From positions 1 to 55,045 of IMG/VR virus record IMGVR_UViG_3300006790_001053: a stretch of 55,045 nt of DNA; one strand, given 5' to 3'. Source of the DNA: a virus (taxonomy: Duplodnaviria > Caudoviricetes). Each line of letters starts with the position of its first letter. The stretch's first letter is position 1. Below are positions 44,320 through 53,364 of this stretch, piece by piece. The notes under the pieces are model-generated. The model was not told the DNA's origin and did not search any database. It saw only the letters and a program-made list of their open reading frames with translations. A program made the position numbers and the translations under genes.

Positions 44320-45000
44320 ATGAAAAAATTATGTATTATACCAGCTAGGGGTGGTAGTAAAAGATTACCAAAAAAAAACATTAAATCTTTAAATGGTAAA
44401 CCACTAGTATTTTACACATTAGATTCAGTAATTAATTCAAAAGTTTTTGATAAAATTATTTTTACATCTGATGATAATGAAATATTAGATGTGGTTAGAT
44501 TAAATTATAGTATTAAAAATTTGAGTGTAGTTGAAAGACCAACCAATTTAGCTTCAGATACATCTAAGGTAATTGATACTGTTCTTCATTTTTTAGATGA
44601 TGATTACGAACAAACATGGTTAACGTTACCCACATCACCTTTAAAAATAGAAAAAGATTTTATTGATGCAGATAAGTTATTAACCAAGGAAGATGATTCG
44701 GTATTATCTTATACTGAAATGGAGTTTCCACCATCACTTGGGTTAGTTGTAAAAAACAATAATATCCTAGAGGATTATGACGAAACACAACCTTGGCAGA
44801 ACGGTAATTCTCGTTCACAAGACCACCCAACAATTTATAGACCTAATGGAGCTCTTTATGGTAGTTGGACACACAAACTAAAACATAATAAAAACTATTA
44901 CGTGGGTAGAACAAAAGGTTACTTTATGCCAAGAAATAGGTCAATAGACATCGACACCCAATTCGAATTTGATTTAGCAGAATTTATGTTAAAAAAATAA
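44320..45000 (+). CDS. neuA: Acylneuraminate cytidylyltransferase (NeuA/PseF-type CMP-ulosonate synthetase)
   Basis: IIPARGGSKRLPKKN, LPTSP, RSQD, NGALY and SIDIDT motifs. Confidence 0.88.
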   Translation: MKKLCIIPARGGSKRLPKKNIKSLNGKPLVFYTLDSVINSKVFDKIIFTSDDNEILDVVRLNYSIKNLSVVERPTNLASDTSKVIDTVLHFLDDDYEQTWLTLPTSPLKIEKDFIDADKLLTKEDDSVLSYTEMEFPPSLGLVVKNNNILEDYDETQPWQNGNSRSQDHPTIYRPNGALYGSWTHKLKHNKNYYVGRTKGYFMPRNRSIDIDTQFEFDLAEFMLKK

Positions 45001-45064
45001 TTTTTACTATATACTTTAGTTCTAAACCCGTATATTATTAATTATAATAAATTTTAATTAATAT

Positions 45065-45847
45065 ATGGCTAGAAGAAGAAACAAAAAGCTATCAGAAGAA
45101 GATTTTCAAGAGATACAAGAATTTGTATACAGAAAAAATCAAGAAGAGGATAAATTCCTAACCTCAACCTCAGTAAATTACAAGTGTAGAAACGAAAACC
45201 AAGGTAAACTAAGAGACTCAATTCGAAACAACGAAATAACTATTGTCTCTGGATTACCAGGTACTGGAAAAACTTATATCGCTTGTGCTGAAGCCCTTAA
45301 ATTGATAAAATCAAAACCAAGATATAAAAAAATATTGCTGGTTAAATCTATTACCCAACTAAGAGGAGAAGAACTAGGTTCCTTACCTGGTGATTTAAAT
45401 GAAAAGTTTGACCCTTACTTGGGTTCTTTCATAGATAATTTCGAGAAGATTATTGGTGAATCACTAACTAAAAAACTAAGAGAACTAGGTTTAATTAATA
45501 TTCAACCTTTAGCCTTTGTAAGGGGTAGAAGTATTGATAGCACAATTATAATTGTTGATGAGGCTCAAAATATTACTTTAGATAATATGAGAACACTTAT
45601 GACTCGTATCGGTGACAATTCAAAAATGGTTATTTTGGGTGATGTTAAACAAAAAGATTTGAGGAATAAGAAAGATAGTTCTTTAGAAGTTATCATAGAC
45701 AAATTTAATAATGTAGATAACTTTGGATGTGTGGAACTTAGAAACCCAAACGATGTGGTTAGAAACCCAATTATTAAAGTAATTGAAAGTGTCTTTGATG
45801 ACTTAGACGAAACTGTAAAAACTAAAAAAGGATTAATAAAAGGATAA
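45065..45847 (+). CDS. phoH: PhoH-family ATPase
   Basis: GLPGTGKT, LGSLPG, VRGRS, DEAQN, TRIG, GDVKQ and VRNP motifs. Confidence 0.95.
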   Translation: MARRRNKKLSEEDFQEIQEFVYRKNQEEDKFLTSTSVNYKCRNENQGKLRDSIRNNEITIVSGLPGTGKTYIACAEALKLIKSKPRYKKILLVKSITQLRGEELGSLPGDLNEKFDPYLGSFIDNFEKIIGESLTKKLRELGLINIQPLAFVRGRSIDSTIIIVDEAQNITLDNMRTLMTRIGDNSKMVILGDVKQKDLRNKKDSSLEVIIDKFNNVDNFGCVELRNPNDVVRNPIIKVIESVFDDLDETVKTKKGLIKG

Positions 45848-45849
45848 TT

Positions 45850-46527
45850 ATGAAGATAGGTGTATCAGTAGATGGTGTATTAAGAAACTTACTAAGTAAG
45901 ATAGAAGAAACACACACTAAATATTTCCCACCCCAAGAAGGTGAAAGTGAAATAGAAGTTTTAGATTATGATTTAGAAAAATGGTTAACTTTTCCAGAAG
46001 AAGAGGTTAAACAAAAAGAAATTGAGTTTAATCCAGATTTTGTTGAGGTAGAAGTTAAAGAAAAAGTAGACATCAAACTAGAAACAAAAAAAGAGAAAGT
46101 AACTATACAAGAATTTTTATATGAAAGATGTACTGTAGAGATTTTTGGTTACGCTGAAGAGTCTGTTAGTTCAGCAGTCGAAACTTTAAATCAATTAGTT
46201 ATTGATAACCCACAACACGAATTTATTATAATTAGTAGAGAGGGTGGAATGGCAATACCATCCACTTTTTTCTTTTTGGCTAAAACAAAATCTAGTTGTC
46301 CTAATATAAAGTTTGTGAAAGAATATTCAAAAGTATGGGATTATGTAGATGTTATGGTTACAGATCACCCAAAAATAATAGATACAAAACCTAATGGTAA
46401 AGTTAGTATTATAATCGACAAGGACTATAATAAAGATTTTAATCAAGATAAAATGAGGTTTAAAACTATTAAAGAAATTGACTCTGATGTCTTAAATAAG
46501 GTAGAGTCTATTTTAAATGATGATTAA
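45850..46527 (+). CDS. Degenerate HAD 5'(3')-nucleotidase-like protein
   Basis: IGVSVDGVLRN (first Asp of DxD replaced by Ser), VMVTD and DKDYN. Confidence 0.55.
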   Translation: MKIGVSVDGVLRNLLSKIEETHTKYFPPQEGESEIEVLDYDLEKWLTFPEEEVKQKEIEFNPDFVEVEVKEKVDIKLETKKEKVTIQEFLYERCTVEIFGYAEESVSSAVETLNQLVIDNPQHEFIIISREGGMAIPSTFFFLAKTKSSCPNIKFVKEYSKVWDYVDVMVTDHPKIIDTKPNGKVSIIIDKDYNKDFNQDKMRFKTIKEIDSDVLNKVESILNDD

Positions 46528-46565
46528 GGGTTTACAAATATTAAAAATTGTTTAAATATAAAAAT

Positions 46566-46922
46566 ATGGATAGATTATTTAATATAGCTGGTGAAGAATA
46601 TTATTTGGATTTAGATAGAATATCTAATTTCTCAAAAATGGAACCTACTATAGATGAAATATTGGAAAGAAGAGAGATAGAAACTGTGTCTGGTGACACC
46701 AGAACGGAGTATGTCCAACATTTTCCCGATAATAATGGTGGTCAAATGATTGATGTTGTTAAATGGGAAACAGTTAGAGCTTTACTAGAATCTTTATTAC
46801 AAGAAAATGGTGTTATAGACGAATCTATGGGTTTTAGAAAATTGGAAGGTCAATTATCTATACCTTTTAGAATCGCCTTTAATACATTACTAAAAAATAA
46901 ATTAATAAGAAAAAATGGATAA
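46566..46922 (+). CDS. Hypothetical protein
   Basis: ATG 46566 (MDRLFN); C-terminal LSIPFRIAFNTLL. Confidence 0.75.
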   Translation: MDRLFNIAGEEYYLDLDRISNFSKMEPTIDEILERREIETVSGDTRTEYVQHFPDNNGGQMIDVVKWETVRALLESLLQENGVIDESMGFRKLEGQLSIPFRIAFNTLLKNKLIRKNG

Positions 46923-48036
46923 TTTAAACACACAAGAAATTGTAGAAACATTAAAAACAAATCTAAAAAGACTTGAGGAGAAAGACTTCTCAATTTACTT
47001 TTTTGTGATTGACACAAACGGTGCTCCAACTGGAGCTGTTGCTAACATTTACGAACATGTAAAATTATTAACAGAGTTAGGTTATAACGCTCATATTTTA
47101 CACGAGAAAAATGAATACGCAACTAAACAAGTTGATTATATCAAATCTTGGTTAGGTGAAGAATATTCATCTTTATCACATGTATCGATAGAAGACAAGA
47201 CTGTTAAAATAAACATGACTGATATTATTATGGTACCAGAGTTATTCGCAAATGTAATGGAACAAACGGTAAACCTTCCTGGTAAAAGAGTTGTTTTCTG
47301 TCAGTCTTATGATTATATCACAGAAACATTACAACCAGGTAAAACTTGGTTAGACTACGGAATTACTGATTGTATTACAACTACTGAAAAACAAAAAGAG
47401 TATATCGATAACCTTTTCAATGAAAGAGTTAATACTAGAGTAGTACCAGTAGCCGTAGATAGTAGATTCACTAAAAATACTGAACCTAAGAAACCTATTG
47501 TGGCTATAATGACTAGAGACCAAAGAGACACTGTAAAGATATTCAAGAATTTCTACATCAAGTACCCACATTTAAAATGGATTACTTTCAGAGATATGCG
47601 TGGAATGAGTAAAGATGTTTTTGCGGAAGCATTAAAAGAGTCTTGTGTGGCTGTATGGGTAGACGATATCGCTGGATTTGGAACTTTCCCTATCGAGTCT
47701 ATGGCTTGTGGAACACCTGTAATCGGTAAACTACCAAACTTAGCAAATGGTTGGGTAACAGAAAAGAATGGTATTTGGGTAGATAATACGGTAATTATAC
47801 CAGATTTACTATCACAATATCTTCAGTCTTGGTTAGAAGACTCAGTACCATCAGATATCTTCTCAGAAATGGATGAAACGGTGGGTAATTTCACCACAAA
47901 TATCATGAGAGATTCTGTTGAGTCTGTATATACTGAATTATTCGAAAATAGAGAAAAAGAAATAAAAGAAACTTTAGCCAAATATGAGGTTGATAATGTA
48001 ACCACTGTTGGTGGTGGAGAAACAAAAAACAAATAA
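46915..48036 (+). CDS. GT-B (GT4-like) glycosyltransferase
   Basis: MVPE, FCQ and AGFGTFPIESMACGTPVIG motifs. Confidence 0.82.
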   Translation: MDNLNTQEIVETLKTNLKRLEEKDFSIYFFVIDTNGAPTGAVANIYEHVKLLTELGYNAHILHEKNEYATKQVDYIKSWLGEEYSSLSHVSIEDKTVKINMTDIIMVPELFANVMEQTVNLPGKRVVFCQSYDYITETLQPGKTWLDYGITDCITTTEKQKEYIDNLFNERVNTRVVPVAVDSRFTKNTEPKKPIVAIMTRDQRDTVKIFKNFYIKYPHLKWITFRDMRGMSKDVFAEALKESCVAVWVDDIAGFGTFPIESMACGTPVIGKLPNLANGWVTEKNGIWVDNTVIIPDLLSQYLQSWLEDSVPSDIFSEMDETVGNFTTNIMRDSVESVYTELFENREKEIKETLAKYEVDNVTTVGGGETKNK

Positions 48037-48039
48037 AAA

Positions 48040-48852
48040 ATGGAAACTAATTTAACGGTAATATTACCAATACTAACACTAGATGAAAAAGAAAAAGATT
48101 TATTCGCTAACGCTGTAAAAAGTATTGAGGACCAAAAAGTAAGTGTAGATAGACTATTGATAGTTGTTCCTAAAAATAGTGAAGCTAAGAAAACTTTAGA
48201 TTCTTATGACTTTACAGAAGAGATTAAGAATATAACAACAGTTGTTGAAAACGATGGTGAGACTGATTTCTGTAGCCAAGTTAATCTAGGAGTAGAAAAT
48301 TGTGAAACAGAATGGTTTTCTATTTTAGAATTAGATGATATATACTCAGCTATATGGTTCGATAATTTTGTAGAATATAGAGAACATTATAAAGAAGTTG
48401 ATTTGTTCCTACCAATCGTATTAGATGTTAATGATGAAAACAAATTCTTACACTTTAGTAACGAACCAGTTTGGGCTAGAGACTTTAGTGAAAAAATGGG
48501 ATATGTCGACTATGATTCATTATTAAACTTCCCTAACTTCCAATTATGTGGTTCAGTTGTTAGAACAGAATCATTTAAATCTGTTGGGGGTCTAAAATCG
48601 ACTGTTAAGATGTTTTTCAATTATGAATTTTTATTAAGAATGTCTTACTATGATATGAGTATGATGACCATACCAAAAATAGGTTATAAAAAATATAACA
48701 TGAGAGAGAATTCTTTATTTTGGAAATATAAAAACGATAAAGAATATTTCATGGACCCATTAGAGTCTAAATTTTGGTACAACACCTCAAAGAAAGAATG
48801 TTATTTTAAAAATGATAGAGGAATAAAATATGAGGAAGAAAATGTACAATAG
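48040..48852 (+). CDS. GT2-like (GT-A) glycosyltransferase
   Basis: VILPI, VNLGV, ILELDD, VGGLK and YEFLLR motifs. Confidence 0.75.
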   Translation: METNLTVILPILTLDEKEKDLFANAVKSIEDQKVSVDRLLIVVPKNSEAKKTLDSYDFTEEIKNITTVVENDGETDFCSQVNLGVENCETEWFSILELDDIYSAIWFDNFVEYREHYKEVDLFLPIVLDVNDENKFLHFSNEPVWARDFSEKMGYVDYDSLLNFPNFQLCGSVVRTESFKSVGGLKSTVKMFFNYEFLLRMSYYDMSMMTIPKIGYKKYNMRENSLFWKYKNDKEYFMDPLESKFWYNTSKKECYFKNDRGIKYEEENVQ

Positions 48853-48855
48853 GAG

Positions 48856-49629
48856 ATGTCTGAAAAGAAAACTAGGGGTAGGAAACCCAAAACAAAGCCG
48901 TATTTTGGTCAAGAACAAGAAGAGGCGGTAAGAGAATTTCTATCCCTAGGTGGTTTAGTGGAGGATGAGAATACACAAGACGGTTATCGGTGGACTGGTT
49001 CTACCGAAGATGTTATTAAAAGAGAAAGGATTTATAGAAAACATCTTAAAGACCCTCTTAATAAAATGGTAGAGAGTATTATTAGAAAATACAAATTATA
49101 CCCAAAGTCATTATCTTATGAAGATGCTCATTCAGACGCTTTATCATTCTTAATGATTAAATTTCACAAATTTAAACCATCCAAAAACAAAAAATCTTAT
49201 TCTTATTATGGTACTGTGTGTAAACATTATCTTTTAGGTAAACTAATTAAAGAAGATAAAAAAATGAAATCCATATTACCATACGAAGATTATTCAACCA
49301 CCATTGAAAACGATGAGGAAAAAAGTTATACGATAGATGATGATAACTTAGATTTAACAGTTTTCATAAAGAAAATATCTGATACAATAAAAGAAGAAAT
49401 GGAATCTAAAATATTAACTGAGAATGAGTTTAAAGTGGGTTCCTCTTTAGTTAGGATATTAGATGAGTGGGATAATATATTTAGTGATGAATCTGGTAAA
49501 AACAAAAAATATAACAAAAACCTAATTCTTTTGTATATGAGAAATATGACATCTTTAACAACAAAAGACATTAGAAACGCTATGAAAAGGTATAAAGTGA
49601 TATACCAAGTCCTAAAAAACGACCTATAA
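48856..49629 (+). CDS. Late-transcription sigma factor, T4 gp55-like
   Basis: PYFGQEQE...KMVESIIRKY...SDALSFLMIKFHKFKPSKNKKSYSYYGTVCKHYL resembles sigma region 2 of gp55-type proteins. Confidence 0.7.
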   Translation: MSEKKTRGRKPKTKPYFGQEQEEAVREFLSLGGLVEDENTQDGYRWTGSTEDVIKRERIYRKHLKDPLNKMVESIIRKYKLYPKSLSYEDAHSDALSFLMIKFHKFKPSKNKKSYSYYGTVCKHYLLGKLIKEDKKMKSILPYEDYSTTIENDEEKSYTIDDDNLDLTVFIKKISDTIKEEMESKILTENEFKVGSSLVRILDEWDNIFSDESGKNKKYNKNLILLYMRNMTSLTTKDIRNAMKRYKVIYQVLKNDL

Positions 49630-49642
49630 AACCCAGATTTAT

Positions 49643-49652
49643 AATATTTATT
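49643..49652 (+). promoter_or_regulatory. Putative late promoter variant AATATTTATT
   Basis: 14 nt upstream of ATG 49667. Confidence 0.5.
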
Positions 49653-49666
49653 AAATAAAAAACATA

Positions 49667-50026
49667 ATGGGTAGACCGAAGAAAAAAGAGGTTAAATTAA
49701 GTACTGATAGTTTTCTATCAATAGCACAAGAAGCTTATAATGAATTAGTTGAACAACGTACAACGGCGATTAGACAAATCAATGAAAATAAGAAGAAAGT
49801 CGAAATCGATGATGTTCATGATTTAGTTAATATAAATAAAGCTAATACTGATTTATTAAAACTAGTAGATGTTACCATAGATAAAAAATTATCTTTAGTT
49901 AAGTTAATAAGTCAATTAGTTTTTAAAGGTGAAGGTGTTGGGGATAGTAAAGCTAATGAACAACTATCACCAGAAGATATGGAACTTTTAAAGTCCATGT
50001 TTGAAGACAAGGGTCCCCAAGAGTAA
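49667..50026 (+). CDS. Hypothetical helical protein
   Basis: 119 aa; first gene of the late run leading to the spike. Confidence 0.75.
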   Translation: MGRPKKKEVKLSTDSFLSIAQEAYNELVEQRTTAIRQINENKKKVEIDDVHDLVNINKANTDLLKLVDVTIDKKLSLVKLISQLVFKGEGVGDSKANEQLSPEDMELLKSMFEDKGPQE

Positions 50027-50037
50027 AAAAACTTATT

Positions 50038-51561
50038 ATGGGTTTTATTAATGACAAACAAGAACTTTTTAATGAACTTAATGGTTTAAAGACTATTGAA
50101 GAATTAGCACCCCAATTCGGACAACTACAGAAAAATTTTACTTCTGGGGTTGATTCTGTAAAATCGAAGTCTGGGAACATCGTACCTTTGTTATTGGATT
50201 TATTAAAACAATTAATAGGTAGTAATTTAAAAGATTCCTTCGATGATTTATTACTAAAAACGGATAAAATAGAAACTAAAGTTAAAAAAACCATGGTTTC
50301 TACCATAATGAAGAATACCTCAAAAAAGAAAGACTTTAATTTACAAAGTGTACAAAACCCATTATTAGAAACAAATGTTAAAAATATAGACATAGAAGGT
50401 ACCTTAAAAATAGACCCAGATACAGAAATGGGAAAATTTTATTATGGTAAAGCAGCTAAAACAGTACCTTCACTACCTGGAGAACCATCAGTAAATATTT
50501 CTGCTGAACCTGGTGGTGATTTTACTAGGTTTTTATCTGATGTCAGAAAAAATGGTTCTGGTAATTGGAAGAATATTTTAAACATAGAGTGGCCTTCTGG
50601 TGGTGAACAAATGAAAGTAAACTTGGACCAAAGTTATCAAGATGGTTCAAAAAGTTTTGAGAATTTTCTAACGGATTTTCTAGATAGTGTTAAAATACTA
50701 GATTTAGGTTTATTATTAAGTACTATTTTAGATACATTATTCGGAGCTGTTTCTTCTCTAACTGATGCTGGGTCTGAATGGTTAGAAAATAAAATGAAAT
50801 TAAAAGAATTAGTGGATAAAGTAGTGGATAAAGAAAGTTTATCTAAAAAGGGTGAACCTACAGTCTATGATACTAACTTCTTTAATTTTACTGATGAGGA
50901 AAAAAATAGAATAAATAATGCTACTAATTCTTTAACTAATGGTAATAATCTAGCTGATTTGGGTTGTGGGATATTTGAAAGTTCTGTTGATTTGAGAGAT
51001 TTTGATAGTGCTTTTAATTTATTAAATGAATCCTCACCATCATCAATAAAGAAAGGTCTAACGGAATCAACAGATAAAATATTAAAAAAATCTACAAATG
51101 GTTTAGATGAAGACAACAAAAAAACTGTTGAGTTAAATATAATATCTGAAATATTTAATAATCTAACTACTATAATCTTTAGTCAAACAATAAAACCATT
51201 TAATGTTATATTACAGCAAATAGGTGAAGGGTTGATGAATCAAGATGTTACAAACCCTATAGGTAATATTGGGGCTCCAGGTGTACAAATAAATAATAAT
51301 AGTTTGGAGAAAAGTTCTGTAGAGGATTACTTTCAAAAGTTTAGAACTTTAAATATATGTATTATAAAAGACATATATTCTACAATAGTAGAATTTTTAT
51401 TTGGTTTAGTTAAAAAAGAAATATTGGTTTTACTTAAAGTAAGAATAGAATTACTTTTAAATACACAGTTCCAAAATTACAGACTACACATAGAGAAGGC
51501 TAAAGAATTACTAAAGACCGTAACTAATTTACTTTCTTTTGTGAATAATTTAAGTGGATAA
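50038..51561 (+). CDS. Hypothetical protein (probably virion/baseplate region)
   Basis: 507-aa ORF; assignment from context only. Confidence 0.75.
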   Translation: MGFINDKQELFNELNGLKTIEELAPQFGQLQKNFTSGVDSVKSKSGNIVPLLLDLLKQLIGSNLKDSFDDLLLKTDKIETKVKKTMVSTIMKNTSKKKDFNLQSVQNPLLETNVKNIDIEGTLKIDPDTEMGKFYYGKAAKTVPSLPGEPSVNISAEPGGDFTRFLSDVRKNGSGNWKNILNIEWPSGGEQMKVNLDQSYQDGSKSFENFLTDFLDSVKILDLGLLLSTILDTLFGAVSSLTDAGSEWLENKMKLKELVDKVVDKESLSKKGEPTVYDTNFFNFTDEEKNRINNATNSLTNGNNLADLGCGIFESSVDLRDFDSAFNLLNESSPSSIKKGLTESTDKILKKSTNGLDEDNKKTVELNIISEIFNNLTTIIFSQTIKPFNVILQQIGEGLMNQDVTNPIGNIGAPGVQINNNSLEKSSVEDYFQKFRTLNICIIKDIYSTIVEFLFGLVKKEILVLLKVRIELLLNTQFQNYRLHIEKAKELLKTVTNLLSFVNNLSG

Positions 51562-51572
51562 AAAAAAACAAA

Positions 51573-52004
51573 ATGGCAAAAACAAATTCAAACTCATCAC
51601 TCGAAAATATAGACTTTAGTAAAGCAGTAGACGTTGTACTAGCTTTAATAAATTTATTTAAAGTACCATCATTACCCGCACCACCAGTATCAAAAAGAAT
51701 CGCATTAAGTGCAGCTCTTAGACCTGGTTTAGATTATAATAAAATAGCTGCTAATATTATAGCAGACCAATCAAAAACTGGAGCGATAGGTGGTGATAAT
51801 GATGACGGTACAGACAACATTTCTGAAAAAATGGAAATAATAAGAGTCAAACACATTTGTGAGGCTATAATAGCTGACGCTAGGGTTACAATAGTTAATT
51901 TACCTGGACAACAAATAACAGCTACTGGTGGTAACGCTGGTGGACCAGTGCAGGTATATGGTACTTCATTAACAACTAGTACTGGTTATGGGGTAATGTC
52001 TTAA
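51573..52004 (+). CDS. Hypothetical virion protein
   Basis: RPGL motif and C-terminal PGQQITATGGNAGGPV; upstream of the gp5-like gene. Confidence 0.7.
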   Translation: MAKTNSNSSLENIDFSKAVDVVLALINLFKVPSLPAPPVSKRIALSAALRPGLDYNKIAANIIADQSKTGAIGGDNDDGTDNISEKMEIIRVKHICEAIIADARVTIVNLPGQQITATGGNAGGPVQVYGTSLTTSTGYGVMS

Positions 52005-52008
52005 TATT

Positions 52009-52191
52009 ATGAGTAAGATGAAAAAAATAGAAAATTTAAGTAATTCAGAATTAGAATTGTTAAAAAAACAAAAATTTGATGAGTTTGCCTCAGTTAAACA
52101 TAAAATAGTCAAAATATTTGATTATTGGCGTTCAATAGAGAGAGATTATTTAGATATAAACGAAGAACTTAACAAAAGAAATTTTAAATGA
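52009..52191 (+). CDS. Hypothetical small coiled-coil protein
   Basis: 60 aa; ATGA overlap with the next gene. Confidence 0.65.
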   Translation: MSKMKKIENLSNSELELLKKQKFDEFASVKHKIVKIFDYWRSIERDYLDINEELNKRNFK

Positions 52192-53342
52192 CATTAAGAG
52201 ACAGACAATTAGGTAAGGTTAAAGCAACAGAAAAAATCGGTAATGCGAGTAAAATACCTAGTAGTGTATATCAAAATATATACATAGGTAGGGTAGTAGA
52301 TATAGAAGATCCATTAGATGAGGGTAGAATAAAAGTGAGTATAGACGCTTTAGACCAACAAAGTGATACTGAAGAAACTAAAAAGAAAAAAAATAAAACT
52401 AATAGAGGTAAAAGAGTACAAGGTGACCCAAACAACCCAAAAAATTCAACTATTTCTAATTACGGAGGTACTACAGGTAACGTATCAATCGCTGTGGAGG
52501 TCCCCAAAAAAACGATAAATGGTGAACCCGTTGATAATCAAGGTGGGTCAGATATTCCTTGGTGTGTCCCCTTATTCCCCAAACACTTACAAATAATGCC
52601 TAAAGTGGGTGAGTATTGTACTGTGATGCTTTTTCGTGGTGATAGGTCTCAATTAAACAGAGCTTGGATTTCTCCAATGGTTTCTAGTAAGAAAAATTTG
52701 TCTTATAATGATTCCACGACTGGAGCAGATAATTTAAACACTGCAGCAGCACCATCTAGTTCTAAAAATATTACAAAATCTGTAGAATTATTGAAAAGAG
52801 GTGATTTTACTGGTGGATTTCCAGAGAAATTAGATATTTCTTTAATGTCTAGAAATAATGCTGACATCGTCCTACCAACCAAAGAAGATAGAAATGGTAG
52901 GTTAAATAGTGGTGGAGAAGTTTTAATTAGAGCGGGTAAATTTTCTTTCGAGGGTGGTAACGATAATTTGTCTTTGAATAAGAAAAACCCTGGTTATTTA
53001 AGACTTAAAGTTGTTAATGAAAATGAAACCTATAGTATGTTATATTCAGATTACATAAGTTTAGTTTCATATAAAAACAGTGATGGTTCTAGTGATTCCG
53101 CTAAAGTATTTAATATAAACCCTTTATTAGAAAAGGATTTAGACATTACAAACTTTCAACAAGCTCTCTCACCTTTAGTTAGGGGAGACCGTTTAATTTC
53201 TTTTTTAAATCTAATAAAAGATTACGTTAAAAAACACAACCATCCGTATCATCAAAAACCCGCAACTAACGCAAACTCAAAAGAAGAGATTGAAAAGTTT
53301 GATTTAAATTCTATAATATCTCCAAACATTAGAATTAATTAA
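52188..53342 (+). CDS. Baseplate central spike, gp5/gpV-like OB-fold protein
   Basis: GRVVDIEDPLDEGRIKV...IPWCVPLFP...PKVGEYCTV and C-terminal HNHPYH. Confidence 0.78.
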   Translation: MTLRDRQLGKVKATEKIGNASKIPSSVYQNIYIGRVVDIEDPLDEGRIKVSIDALDQQSDTEETKKKKNKTNRGKRVQGDPNNPKNSTISNYGGTTGNVSIAVEVPKKTINGEPVDNQGGSDIPWCVPLFPKHLQIMPKVGEYCTVMLFRGDRSQLNRAWISPMVSSKKNLSYNDSTTGADNLNTAAAPSSSKNITKSVELLKRGDFTGGFPEKLDISLMSRNNADIVLPTKEDRNGRLNSGGEVLIRAGKFSFEGGNDNLSLNKKNPGYLRLKVVNENETYSMLYSDYISLVSYKNSDGSSDSAKVFNINPLLEKDLDITNFQQALSPLVRGDRLISFLNLIKDYVKKHNHPYHQKPATNANSKEEIEKFDLNSIISPNIRIN

Positions 53343-53352
53343 GATATTTATA
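53343..53352 (+). promoter_or_regulatory. Putative late promoter GATATTTATA
   Basis: 12 nt upstream of ATG 53365. Confidence 0.6.
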
Positions 53353-53364
53353 GTAAAAGACTAA

